Positions 29,974-39,412 of a DNA stretch of 64,000 nucleotides are shown piece after piece. The stretch's first letter is position 1, and each line of letters opens with the position of its first letter. A program made the translations under genes and the position numbers. Source of the DNA: Candidatus Saccharimonadia bacterium (GTDB taxonomy: Bacteria; Patescibacteriota; Saccharimonadia; UBA4664); contig DATIIV010000033.1 of assembly GCA_035479295.1 (NCBI GenBank), positions 2,901-66,900 on the forward strand, given 5' to 3'. A model generated the notes under the pieces. That model worked only from the letters and a program-made list of their open reading frames with translations, made no database searches and was not told where the DNA came from.

Positions 29974-30738
29974 ATGACGCAAAAACCACTCCTGGAGATC
30001 AAAAACCTCCGTAAGATGTATGATGATGGTTTTGAGGCCGTTAAAGGCATATCGTTTAGCGTGCGCAAAGGTGAGGTGTTCGGCATTCTGGGCCCCAACG
30101 GCGCCGGCAAGACGACCACACTCGAAATGATCGAGGGCATGCGGCCTATTACTGGCGGCACAGCGCTGCTGGACGGTCTCAATGTGCAAGAGGAGCCTTA
30201 CGCGGTTAAGGAGCGCATTGGGGTGCAGCTGCAGGCCTCATCGTTCTTTCCCAATTTGAGCCTACTGGAGCTCCTCAAGCTCTTTAGCGATCTGTACGCC
30301 GAGTCGACCAATGCCATGGAGCTACTGCGCGAGGTGGGACTCGAAGAGAAGGCCAAGTCGGCCGTTAAGGAGCTGTCTGGCGGCCAGAAGCAGCGCTTTA
30401 GCATCGCCACCACGCTGGTGAACAACCCCGTGGCCGTCTTTCTCGATGAGCCTACCACCGGCCTCGATCCGCAAGCGCGGCGTAACCTGTGGGACCTGGT
30501 GCAGCAGATCCAAAAGCGGGGCACCACGGTTATTATCACCACTCATTATATGGAAGAGGCGCAGGTACTGTGCGACCGAGTGGCCATTATGGACGAGGGT
30601 AAGATTATCGCTCTGGATACGCCCGATAAGCTCATTCAGCAGCTGCTTGATCGCGGCTTTAAGCCGCAGACCAAGGTCGCCCCGGCTACCCTCGAGGATG
30701 TCTTTATCGACCTAACCGGCAAGGAGCTGAGGGACTAG
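29974..30738 (+). CDS. ABC transporter ATP-binding protein
   Basis: GPNGAGKTT, LSGGQ, FLDEPTTGLD, TTHYMEEA. Confidence 0.97.
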   Translation: MTQKPLLEIKNLRKMYDDGFEAVKGISFSVRKGEVFGILGPNGAGKTTTLEMIEGMRPITGGTALLDGLNVQEEPYAVKERIGVQLQASSFFPNLSLLELLKLFSDLYAESTNAMELLREVGLEEKAKSAVKELSGGQKQRFSIATTLVNNPVAVFLDEPTTGLDPQARRNLWDLVQQIQKRGTTVIITTHYMEEAQVLCDRVAIMDEGKIIALDTPDKLIQQLLDRGFKPQTKVAPATLEDVFIDLTGKELRD

Positions 30739-30739
30739 C

Positions 30740-31843
30740 ATGAAACGTACACTGATTTCGCTCTGGAGCCTCACGGTGGCTTCGACTAAGATGTACTTCC
30801 GTAATAAGTCGGCCGTCTTCTTTACGCTGTTCTTGCCACTGGCGTTCATTGGCGTGTTTGGGCTGCTCAGTCAGTCGGGCAATAGCTCGTTTACGCTCGA
30901 TGTCACTAATCACTCGACCACACCGCTAGCCAAGAATGTAGTGACCGGGCTGGGTAAGGTGAGCGCCTTTAAGGTTAATCAGGTGAGCGAGGCCGACGGC
31001 GCTACCCAGCTGGGCAAGGGCAAGGCCGATCTGCAGGTGATCATTCCAGCCGGCTTTGGCCAGATTGACCCAGCCACGCATCGCGTGAGCGCCACCAAGA
31101 TCATTACGCACTATAATGCCGGCAAGCCGCAGAACGGCCAGGCCGCCAACCTGGTGCTGGGCCAGATTGTGGCTGGGCTCAACGACCAGGTGACGCAGAC
31201 GCCGCAGATCATTAGCCTCGAGTCGAGTGGCGTTAAGACCAACAACCTCGGCACCATCGACTTCTTGCTGCCGGGCATCCTGGCCATGAGCATCATGCAG
31301 CTTGGTATCTTTAGCGTCGCCTTTGCCTTCGTTAGCATGAAGACCACCGGGATGCTGCGGCGCATTCAGGCTACGCCCACGCATCCCATTAACTTCGTTA
31401 TCGCTCAGGGCGCCACCCGGCTGCTGATCGGTCTGCTGCAGGTGGTGCTGCTGACGGTGCTGGGCGTGTGGTTGTTTGGCTTTCATATGCTGGGCAACTG
31501 GCTAACGTTCTTGTTGATGGCCATTCTGGGCACGCTGGTATTCTTAGGCTTTGGCTTTACGGTAGCCGGCTGGGCCAAGGACGAGAACCAGGCCGCTCCT
31601 ATCGCCAACATCTTCTCGTTTCCAATGCTGTTTCTCAGCGGCATCTTCTTCCCCCGCGATGCGTTCCCGGACTGGCTCAAGCACATCACCGACTTCTTCC
31701 CGCTGACATACCTGGCCGACGCCATGCGCAGTATTGCCAACGAGGGGGCGCATTTGGCGCAGCTGAGCGGCGACATTTTGGGTCTCGTGGTGTGGGGCCT
31801 CATTATGTTTGCTCTGGCGGTGAAGGTCTTTAAGTGGGAGTAG
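30740..31843 (+). CDS. ABC-2 type transporter permease
   Basis: FLLPGILAM, GMLRRIQATP, FLSGIFFP, PLTYLADAMR. Confidence 0.95.
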   Translation: MKRTLISLWSLTVASTKMYFRNKSAVFFTLFLPLAFIGVFGLLSQSGNSSFTLDVTNHSTTPLAKNVVTGLGKVSAFKVNQVSEADGATQLGKGKADLQVIIPAGFGQIDPATHRVSATKIITHYNAGKPQNGQAANLVLGQIVAGLNDQVTQTPQIISLESSGVKTNNLGTIDFLLPGILAMSIMQLGIFSVAFAFVSMKTTGMLRRIQATPTHPINFVIAQGATRLLIGLLQVVLLTVLGVWLFGFHMLGNWLTFLLMAILGTLVFLGFGFTVAGWAKDENQAAPIANIFSFPMLFLSGIFFPRDAFPDWLKHITDFFPLTYLADAMRSIANEGAHLAQLSGDILGLVVWGLIMFALAVKVFKWE

Positions 31844-31895
31844 GCCGGGGCGGCGCTTCAGCTAGCTCTCAGCCCATAGCGATTACACTAGAGCC

Positions 31896-32345
31896 ATGAA
31901 ACGCGCCATTGCTGCTACGCTTAAGCCGCTGAGTCTGTATGGCCACTATGCGGCCTGGACCATCGCGCTGCTGGCTACGGTTATCAGCCTGTACCTCAGC
32001 GAGGGCCTCCATCTGGTGCCATGCGTACTGTGCTGGTACACCCGCGTGCTGATGTACCCGCTGGTGGCCATCATTGGTCTGGGCGTGCTGCGGCGCGAGC
32101 AGCAGTGGGTCTACTATGCCGCACCGCTGGTGGGGGTAGGGCTACTCATTACGGCCTACCACTCGCTGCTGCAGTGGGGCATCATTCCCGAGGCGGTGGC
32201 ACCGTGCATGAACGGTATGTCGTGTGCCACGCGGCAGGTTAATTTACTGGGCTTTGTGACCATTCCGTTCCTGGGATGGCTGTCCTTTGCCGCAATTGCT
32301 GTATGCTTATACCTATACTGGAAGGAGACAAGACGTGTCGCGTGA
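31896..32345 (+). CDS. dsbB: Disulfide bond formation protein DsbB/BdbC
   Basis: PCVLCWYTR, second Cys pair, GFVTIPFL. Confidence 0.9.
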   Translation: MKRAIAATLKPLSLYGHYAAWTIALLATVISLYLSEGLHLVPCVLCWYTRVLMYPLVAIIGLGVLRREQQWVYYAAPLVGVGLLITAYHSLLQWGIIPEAVAPCMNGMSCATRQVNLLGFVTIPFLGWLSFAAIAVCLYLYWKETRRVA

Positions 32346-32997
32346 AGCAAAAATTCTGATTGGGATCTTGGTGGTAGTAGTGGGTGGCATGATTGGGCTG
32401 TTTATATATGCTAATCAGGGCTCATCGTCGTCGGCGGGAGTGGGGCCGGCGGTGTCGGACCAGACGCTGCTTAAATCTGATACGCATCATGAGGGCAATG
32501 GCTCGGTTAAGCTGGTGGAGTTCGGCGATTATCAGTGCCCGGCCTGCGGGGCGGCCTACCCCGTGGTCAAGCAAATTATGAAGGAGTATAACGGTAAAGT
32601 TACGCTCTACTTCCGCAACTTCCCGCTCACCAATCTGCACCCCAACGCTATGGCAGCGGCCAATGCGGCCGAGGCGGCGGCCGACCAGGGCAAGTTCTGG
32701 GAGATGCACGATGCGCTATATGAGCATCAAGACGATTGGGCCAAGTTACCGACCGACCAAGCGGCTGATAAGTGGGCTAGTTACGCCACGGCGCTCGGCC
32801 TGGACGGCGACAAGATTAAGGCGGCGGCCGTCGGCGAGACCAAGAAGGATCGCATCGCTGCCGACATTAACGACGGCAATACGTTGCAGATTCAAGGTAC
32901 GCCAACCTTCTTCGTTAACGACCACCAGGTGACGGCCGGCAATAGTTACGATGACCTGAAGGCGGCCATTGAGGCGGCGCTGCACTCCGGCAAATAG
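32335..32997 (+). CDS. dsbA: DsbA/BdbD-like thiol-disulfide oxidoreductase
   Basis: GTG after AAGGAG; EFGDYQCPAC, RNFPL, QGKFWEMHD, GTPTFFVN. Confidence 0.9.
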   Translation: MSREAKILIGILVVVVGGMIGLFIYANQGSSSSAGVGPAVSDQTLLKSDTHHEGNGSVKLVEFGDYQCPACGAAYPVVKQIMKEYNGKVTLYFRNFPLTNLHPNAMAAANAAEAAADQGKFWEMHDALYEHQDDWAKLPTDQAADKWASYATALGLDGDKIKAAAVGETKKDRIAADINDGNTLQIQGTPTFFVNDHQVTAGNSYDDLKAAIEAALHSGK

Positions 32998-33023
32998 CTT
33001 TAGCAGTAGATAATAAAAACGGT

Positions 33024-33053
33024 GAAGGGCGCCTCGCGAACGAGGCGCCCTTT
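33024..33053. terminator. Hairpin terminator between convergent genes
   Basis: AAGGGCGCCTCG-CGAA-CGAGGCGCCCTT. Confidence 0.75.
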
Positions 33054-33073
33054 GCGGCATCGACCTTCGCCAC

Positions 33074-33736
33074 CTACATCTCGACCTCCCGAGAGTCGGA
33101 ACAGTTCGCGGTGGGGCATAGCGGCTGCAGGTGTCGGCGCGATTGCCAGAGCTCGCGAATCGTTTTGCCGATGGGCGGCACCACGGTTAGAGAGATCAAC
33201 CCAAAGATCAGCCAGGCGGCCAGGTTGATGAGATACGGTTGGTTGAAGAGCCAGGCCGTCAGGCCGCCGAGGGCCACCAGTAGCGAAGCCCCAAAGTCGC
33301 AGGTAAAGTGGAGCCGGTTGGCCTCGTGACGCTCCAGTCGCGGTGTGCGCCACAGACCGTAGGCGTTGATGGCCAGACCGGTGAGGCCGGCGCTCAGGCT
33401 AACCAGCAGCTGGGCTGTGCCCGCCGTGTCGGTGTGCTCCCACAGCGGCGCCACGCCCACAAACGCCAGCGTTACCACGTAGATGGCCAGCTTGAGTCCG
33501 CGCTGGCCGTGGTAATGCAGGCCATGGTGCTTGGTGCGAGCCAGGCGTCGACCAATAGCGCTGGCGGCCAGCAGGGTCGGGCCATCGAAGGCGTTGTGAA
33601 TACCATCGCTGGTCACGGCGGCATTGTGCAGCCAGAAGTGGCCGAGAAACAGCTCGATGGGTGCGAACACCAGGAACATCAGACCGACTTGCGTTACGGC
33701 GTCGGCCTGGCGTAACTGGCGCCAAACAGCGTTCAT
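33074..33736 (-). CDS. Cation diffusion facilitator (CDF) transmembrane domain protein
   Basis: SDGIHNAFD (HxxxD) and LHFTCD metal-site motifs; no cytosolic C-domain. Confidence 0.7.
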   Translation of the reverse strand: MNAVWRQLRQADAVTQVGLMFLVFAPIELFLGHFWLHNAAVTSDGIHNAFDGPTLLAASAIGRRLARTKHHGLHYHGQRGLKLAIYVVTLAFVGVAPLWEHTDTAGTAQLLVSLSAGLTGLAINAYGLWRTPRLERHEANRLHFTCDFGASLLVALGGLTAWLFNQPYLINLAAWLIFGLISLTVVPPIGKTIRELWQSRRHLQPLCPTANCSDSREVEM

Positions 33737-33894
33737 GGCAACCCTTCCGAATCAACGTGGTGGGAGAGGTACGGGAACGGCGTAGTTTAGTGTAGCGGCC
33801 GAAGCCCATTTTAGCAACTAAAAAAAATGAAGTGCGGCAGTTGTATGTTAAGCATGAGTGGTATGGGAGTGGCATTTGGCGTATAAATGTAACC

Positions 33895-34392
33895 ATGAAG
33901 CGATGGCTTGCGAGGGGAATAATGTGGGGTGTGGCGGCGGCCGCGGGCTGTGGGAGCGGCTGGGCAACGGCCCAGGCGAGCTTGCCGGGTGCCTCGGCCC
34001 AGCCCGGCCGCTGTGTCGCGGTGCAGGCAGCAATTACGCAGCGGGTCGGCACGCTGGGCCAGCAGCAGGCTACGGCCAATGCGGCCCTGCAGCGGTTAGA
34101 TGCCCGACTGACCGACCTGGTGGGTCGGGCTGACGCCCGCGGTTACGATATCGGCCGCCTCCAGGCTGACCAGACTGAGCTAGAGCACCGAGCCGCCGCC
34201 ATCAAGGACGATTATGCCGCGCTCCTGACCGCCACTAAGGCGGCGGCGGCCCAGTGCGGCGCAACCGGATCGTTGGCGCCGGCTCGCGCCAAGCTAGCTC
34301 GCCTGCGCGCTGACGTGGCCGCGCTGCAAACCTGGCGCCAGGCCAGCCTTGCAGTCGATCTGCAGACACTCAGTAAGGCCTCGTCATCATGA
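33895..34392 (+). CDS. Hypothetical exported coiled-coil protein
   Basis: Start at MKRWLA; signal peptide, Ala-rich helices, ARGYDI. Confidence 0.7.
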   Translation: MKRWLARGIMWGVAAAAGCGSGWATAQASLPGASAQPGRCVAVQAAITQRVGTLGQQQATANAALQRLDARLTDLVGRADARGYDIGRLQADQTELEHRAAAIKDDYAALLTATKAAAAQCGATGSLAPARAKLARLRADVAALQTWRQASLAVDLQTLSKASSS

Positions 34393-34721
34393 CTCATCAC
34401 CGTACTGCCGCTACTCGGCCTACCGCGGCCGATGTCCTCGAGCCGTCCGCCCCAGTGTCTCATTCAGCTCATCCTCGTCATCGGCCGCACAAGCATCACC
34501 GCGCGCTCACCTGGGTGGTCGCTCTCCTGAGTTCAGCGCTTATCGTGGCGCTGGTCTTGGCCTTTGGCAGTGGTCCGTCCGTACCGCATTTGGTAGCCCC
34601 CAGCGGCTCCATGGCTGGTGATATCAAGGCCGCCAACCTCGGTCTCGGTCAAGATTTTGATCAGCTCTCGGCTGGCCTCCCGACCAACGACCAGCTTAAT
34701 GAAGCCAGCCTAACTCAATAA
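34389..34721 (+). CDS. Hypothetical single-TM protein
   Basis: ATGA overlap; His-rich stretch, TM, short acidic tail. Confidence 0.7.
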   Translation: MTHHRTAATRPTAADVLEPSAPVSHSAHPRHRPHKHHRALTWVVALLSSALIVALVLAFGSGPSVPHLVAPSGSMAGDIKAANLGLGQDFDQLSAGLPTNDQLNEASLTQ

Positions 34722-34803
34722 ATTCTAGCCCTAAACGATTTTGCCCCGCCGAAACCACCAACCACTCCTGCGGTCAGCTGTCTCGGCGGGGCTCCTGGCT
34801 TGA

Positions 34804-34941
34804 TCAGTCGTCGACACCGGCGATCTTGCGGGTTACAGCGGCGGCCCTTGCGGCGCAGCCACTGCAGATAGTGCCCGCATCCTTTACTTCAACCTGCTTG
34901 CAGTTCTCGTACTTGGGCTTGGCCGGGGGCATATTAACCAT
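34804..34941 (-). CDS. Possible 45-aa Cys-containing peptide (not in the ORF track)
   Basis: MVNMPPAKPKYENCKQVEVKDAGTICSGCAARAAAVTRKIAGVDD*, 20 nt after the preceding gene. Confidence 0.4.
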   Translation of the reverse strand: MVNMPPAKPKYENCKQVEVKDAGTICSGCAARAAAVTRKIAGVDD

Positions 34942-34960
34942 GGTGACTCACTTCCGTTCA

Positions 34961-35971
34961 TCAGCTAGCAATAATCTCTTCGTCGACAAGCTGGACGAGC
35001 GGGCTCGATGGGTTCTCGCCCCGCAGAGCCAGCCCCTGGTGAAATAGAGCTAGCCGAACTGCATCAAGGTACACGGGACCAAAGCTGGGCCAGGCCTTCA
35101 ACCAGTCGGCCGTCACATCGCGCAGATCCTGCGCCGAGGCGATGTTCATTTTGGCCAACAGCGGTAGAAGCTGATGTTTCAGGTAGCCTCCCAGGGGCGT
35201 CAGCAAATCCTCGATCGGTATATCTCGAGGCGTCGCCAGATACATACTAGCAACTGCCAGTCGGCCTCGTTCCAGCAGGCTTTTGACCGCCCGAGGCGTC
35301 AGACTGGTGGCCTGCGCAATCTCGCCGAGTGGCTGATGGCTCAGCCCGTCAAGGCCGTAGTACAGCTTAAGGACGCGCTGAACCGTCTCGTCCAGCCTGT
35401 TGACCAGACTCAGCCTGGTCTGCCACCAGGCTGGGCTGTAGCAGTTTGGCAGCTCGGGGTTTCGGGCCAGCGTGACCTTTTGTGGCCGCCACACCTCTTC
35501 TCCGGCCAGGGCCAGACCATGATAGCTCAGGCTCACTCGAACGAGGTCGACAAACGCCTTGCTAAAGCCGGGCCAGACGAGAAGCCAGTCTTTGGCGGTG
35601 CCCGTGAGGTCACGAAGGGTATGAATGCCCATGTCGTGAAGCAAGTCCAGAATCCTAGCAGCCTCAAGCTGCCGGTGGGTAGCAAATTTTAGCTCCCGAA
35701 TCGATCGGCAGGCCGACAGCTCATCGGTTGGCCTTGCCTTATCCTGAGCTTGAGCGGCTACATATGCTCGCTGAATCCGCTTTTCGATGGTCCTGCGGCT
35801 TAGCCCAACTTGCCTTTCTAGCTGAAGATAGGTAAGAGCGGGCCCGTCCAGGCCATAATAGCGGCGGATGAGGCTTTGCACCTGGGGGTGAAGTCGCTCG
35901 AGAAGCTCCTGATGTGCCTCCCACCAGCGACCAGTAATCTGCTTGATCTGGGTAGGAGACAGCGTAGGCAC
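34961..35971 (-). CDS. Protein with two tandem sigma70-region-4 + RNAP alpha-CTD-like repeats
   Basis: YYGLDG..TY..L....GLSRRTI and YYGLDG..PLGEIA..SLTPRAV; GIHTLRDL..LLVWPGFS and NIASAQDL..LKAWPSFG; GTG after AAGGGA. Confidence 0.75.
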   Translation of the reverse strand: MPTLSPTQIKQITGRWWEAHQELLERLHPQVQSLIRRYYGLDGPALTYLQLERQVGLSRRTIEKRIQRAYVAAQAQDKARPTDELSACRSIRELKFATHRQLEAARILDLLHDMGIHTLRDLTGTAKDWLLVWPGFSKAFVDLVRVSLSYHGLALAGEEVWRPQKVTLARNPELPNCYSPAWWQTRLSLVNRLDETVQRVLKLYYGLDGLSHQPLGEIAQATSLTPRAVKSLLERGRLAVASMYLATPRDIPIEDLLTPLGGYLKHQLLPLLAKMNIASAQDLRDVTADWLKAWPSFGPVYLDAVRLALFHQGLALRGENPSSPLVQLVDEEIIAS

Positions 35972-36183
35972 AGCACCTGGTCCCTTCGCACATAGAGGCG
36001 TCCCGGACTGGACGCCAGGACGACTATACAATAAATTCCATAGAAAAGTGAAGCAGCATCTCGCCAGGGGCTTATCTATTGCCTGTCCTTGACTCTTCCG
36101 CAGCAATCAGCATATTAAATAAGCCCTCGGATGAGCGCGCTCGAGGCGCCCAGTTTAATCGGAACCAGCAAGGAGCCCCATTT

Positions 36184-36381
36184 ATGGCGGAGATTCCTGA
36201 CGAAGAGACCAGCCCGCGACCTAACCGGTTGACGTTCGAACAACAGCAAGCACGGCAGGCCGCTGCCCCGGTCGATGCCGGTGGGAATCCGCGGCTTCCA
36301 CGCTGCAAGAACTGCGTATGCGGCGGCTGTACCCTCGGCATAGGCTGTGAGGGTTGCACGACCTGTAATCCACCGAGCTAG
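36184..36381 (+). CDS. Small Cys-rich protein (65 aa)
   Basis: AAGGAG SD; C-terminal CKNCVCGGCTLGIGCEGCTTC. Confidence 0.65.
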   Translation: MAEIPDEETSPRPNRLTFEQQQARQAAAPVDAGGNPRLPRCKNCVCGGCTLGIGCEGCTTCNPPS

Positions 36382-36453
36382 TCTGCCGCAGCACACACTG
36401 TCGTAATGATCGCTCGGCGCCGGGTGGCGTCGATTACTAGTTGCGATAGGCTC

Positions 36454-36493
36454 AGTCGGGATTGGGCAAGACCTCGCCCAATCCCGGCTTTTG
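36454..36493 (+). terminator. Intrinsic terminator
   Basis: AGTCGGGATTGGGC-loop-GCCCAATCCCGGCT followed by TTT. Confidence 0.7.
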
Positions 36494-36505
36494 TTGGAGG
36501 CGACT

Positions 36506-36670
36506 CTAGGATAGCCCTAGCTCGCGCCAAAGCGCTTCATCGTGCCTTTTCAGGTCATTTTTCGCGTTACGGAGACGGATTTCCAGCCTGTAACGATCTC
36601 CTGGCCCGAGACCAGCCTCTTGTAGTTTCTCGGTAGCCGCCTCAATCACACCCACGAGGTGCGTGGCCAT
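36506..36670 (-). CDS. Small hypothetical protein (54 aa)
   Basis: MATHLVGVIEAATEKLQ..., with AGGAAG upstream. Confidence 0.5.
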   Translation of the reverse strand: MATHLVGVIEAATEKLQEAGLGPGDRYRLEIRLRNAKNDLKRHDEALWRELGLS

Positions 36671-36823
36671 CGGGTCTTCCTGATGCGACTCGCCGCTAGC
36701 GTCTGACACGACCCATTCCTTTGCTCCGCGATTTCTGTCCTGCGGGCATGCAGGACAGAAGGGCAGAGTAAAAGCTTGGCTGCTTACCATCGGCCGCCTG
36801 GGCAATAGTTAAGAATAATTCCT

Positions 36824-36899
36824 TGGTAGGCCCGGCTGGATTCGAACCAGCGACCAGTACCTTATAAGAGTACCGCTCTAACCGCTGAGCTACGGGCCC
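36824..36899 (-). tRNA. tRNA-Ile (TAT)
   Basis: GGGCCCG-TA-GCTC..GAGC-G-GTACT-CTTATAA-GGTAC-TGGTC-GCTGG-TTCGAAT-CCAGC-CGGGCCT-A-CCA, 76 nt. Confidence 0.95.
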
Positions 36900-36927
36900 G
36901 GATTGAATCAGTATATAATACTTTTGT

Positions 36928-37335
36928 ATGAAGATGGCCAACCTCGGGCGCAAGCTCCTCAAGTTTCGGTTTAATCTCGTCAACGCACTCAATGTGGCGG
37001 GGGCGGTGGTGATTGTGTATTTGCTGGTGACGCTGATTCAGACGATTAAGCAAAACTACGACCTAAATATGCAGAGTAATCAGCTAAAGTCGGAGATATC
37101 GCTACTGCAAGACCAAAACGACGAGCTAAGCTATAACATTCAGTACTACAAGACCGACTCGTTTAAGCAGCGCGAGGCACGCTCCAAGCTGGGCTTGCAG
37201 CTGCCCGACGAGCACGAAGTGGTGCTGCCCGAGCCAACGGCCACCCCGGCGCCGGCGGCCGACGCCCAGACCAAGTCGACCAAGAAACGCTCAAACGTGC
37301 AGCAATGGCTCGACTTCTTGGCCGGCAATAGCTAA
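36928..37335 (+). CDS. Septum formation initiator (FtsB/DivIC family)
   Basis: TM, coiled coil, REARSKLGLQLPDEHEV. Confidence 0.8.
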   Translation: MKMANLGRKLLKFRFNLVNALNVAGAVVIVYLLVTLIQTIKQNYDLNMQSNQLKSEISLLQDQNDELSYNIQYYKTDSFKQREARSKLGLQLPDEHEVVLPEPTATPAPAADAQTKSTKKRSNVQQWLDFLAGNS

Positions 37336-38474
37336 GATTTAGCGCGCGACGCTCGCAGAGTGAGCATGAGTGCACCAGCGGCCCACCACCAAGCGGCTAG
37401 CCCAAGCACAAAACCCACTACCGGTACGCTACAGACGAGCAACAGGGCGGGCACGCCGATAACGCCGGCCCAGGCCACCGAGCCTTGGTGCCACTTAAAT
37501 TGGTTGAGTAGCCAAGCGCCCACTGCTATGGCCGCCTTGGTGAGCAAGAATGGAATCAGTACCAACCAGCCGACGCCGGCCAGTAGCGCTAGTGGCGCGC
37601 CCACTACCGTGAGACTCACCACTATCAGCACGAACGGCAGCGCCAGTGCCATTAGTGCGCCCCAGCCTAGGCTGACCCAAGGCCGCTGGCGCATGGTGGT
37701 GGTAACGCCAGCCAGACGGCGTGGCGCCAGCTTGGCTAGCAGTAGGGCCAGAATAATACCCACCACCGACCAATACAAGTAATTGCCCAGCCAAGCCATA
37801 AACAGTTGGCGTGGCTCCGGGTGTTGCGGCTGCGGTGGCAGATGATGGTGAACGTCGCCCTTCACCTTATTAGGCGCCAGGGTGACAGCGTTGGTGCTGG
37901 TGTAGTCCAGGTCGCCGGCCACGCGCGCGCTGGCGCCAAGCGTCAGGTTCTCGATTTGGGTGGTAACGCTGCCGCTGACCGGCGCGTTAATGGTGAGGTT
38001 CTGGCCGGCGCCGTAGGCGTCGTGGCTAATGGGGCCGTTCAGGGTGGCCGTTTGGGCCGCAAAGCCCACCTCGCCCAGCACCCGACTGGCCGCCTGCAGA
38101 GCCAACGACTGAGCGGCCACCGTGACATTGCGCCCCACCGAGTTGCTAATGCTTACGCTCTGGCCCACCGCTCGCACGCTGCCGGCCACCGGCCCGTTAA
38201 TCGTGACTGTCTGGCCGGCGCAGAGCACGTCGCCATGGACCGAGCCGTTTACGGTGATGGTCTGGCCGCCGCAGACCAGATCGCCCTCCACATCGCCGTC
38301 GATGCTCACCGTTTGGCCGCTGGCATACAGTGTGCCTTGGTGCGTTTTGCCCTTAGCTAAGGTTACGCTATCGCCCGTTAGAGTGCCAAAGGCTAGCGCC
38401 AAGCCGGGCACAAAGGCCAGCATTGCCACCAACGCACCCACCTTTAGCCATGAGCTAAATCGCTTTGTCATCAT
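37332..38474 (-). CDS. Polymer-forming (bactofilin-like) beta-helix repeat membrane protein
   Basis: Signal peptide; repeats of type IDGDVEGDLVCGGQTITVNGSVHGDV; C-terminal multi-TM region. Confidence 0.85.
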   Translation of the reverse strand: MMTKRFSSWLKVGALVAMLAFVPGLALAFGTLTGDSVTLAKGKTHQGTLYASGQTVSIDGDVEGDLVCGGQTITVNGSVHGDVLCAGQTVTINGPVAGSVRAVGQSVSISNSVGRNVTVAAQSLALQAASRVLGEVGFAAQTATLNGPISHDAYGAGQNLTINAPVSGSVTTQIENLTLGASARVAGDLDYTSTNAVTLAPNKVKGDVHHHLPPQPQHPEPRQLFMAWLGNYLYWSVVGIILALLLAKLAPRRLAGVTTTMRQRPWVSLGWGALMALALPFVLIVVSLTVVGAPLALLAGVGWLVLIPFLLTKAAIAVGAWLLNQFKWHQGSVAWAGVIGVPALLLVCSVPVVGFVLGLAAWWWAAGALMLTLRASRAKS

Positions 38475-38612
38475 CGTATCCCACTTTATAGTGCTACCAT
38501 AGGTTAATTTGAACGATGATGATAGTGGTATTTCTTCCAACAAAGCCTCGCCGCCGCGAGTGCCACCTTGACGATGATGGACTAATCTGCTAAATTAATC
38601 AGCGGTAGACAA

Positions 38613-38689
<77 letters not shown>

Positions 38690-38701
38690 GATATGTATCT
38701 T

Positions 38702-38745
38702 TCAAACCGCCCCTGACCAGAGAAATCTGGTCAGGGGCGGTTTGA
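38702..38745. terminator. Perfect 20-bp hairpin after tRNA-fMet
   Basis: TCAAACCGCCCCTGACCAGA-GAAA-TCTGGTCAGGGGCGGTTTGA. Confidence 0.8.
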
Positions 38746-38903
38746 TGTGCGCCGTCCGTGCCGTCATCGCCAAGCGTCGCCAGAATCGCGCAGAGGTTTT
38801 CGTTGCAGGTATTAATTTTCTACTATCTTTCTTTCGCGTTTTTAATCCTTTACTTCTCAAACCGCTAGGCTTATCCTGGGGTACGGTAAACAGAGGTCAG
38901 ATC

Positions 38904-39251
38904 ATGGCTCGTTCGGCAAACAACTCCTCTCGCTCGACGCGCACCTATGCGCTTCTGGGCATAGGCGGGGCCTCGGTGCTCCTAAACGTGGCGTTGCTCA
39001 GCTATTGGTACTACCTGGTCAATATCAACCAGGCGCCACTCGCTCAGATCGTGGTCACGCACCGCTGCAACGAACCCGGCTACTCGCAGTGGATGCACCA
39101 GATCGACCAGACCAGTAGTAATCCAACTCAGGACAAGAAGTTTGGGGCAGCCGCAGAGTGCTTTACGGACTACCAGACAGGCAAGCAGCTTGATCTAGGC
39201 AGCTTGCGGCCGCAGACTGGCGGAATTCAGGTGCTGCCAGCGCATCCGTAG
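38904..39251 (+). CDS. Hypothetical single-TM protein
   Basis: Start moved to MARSANN (GAGG SD); TM and a Cys pair. Confidence 0.6.
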   Translation: MARSANNSSRSTRTYALLGIGGASVLLNVALLSYWYYLVNINQAPLAQIVVTHRCNEPGYSQWMHQIDQTSSNPTQDKKFGAAAECFTDYQTGKQLDLGSLRPQTGGIQVLPAHP

Positions 39252-39412
39252 TAGCACATCTGTGTAAAGTGGTAAATCGGGTAAGGCTTCAAGATCGATA
39301 GCCGGGCAGAATCAGAATCCGATGGGGCGCAATCAGAGCGGTAGTGTAGCCGGAGGAGTCGGCGATGAACTCCTCCGGCCACAGGCGCGACGGTTTGTGG
39401 TTGTGGCGTGGG

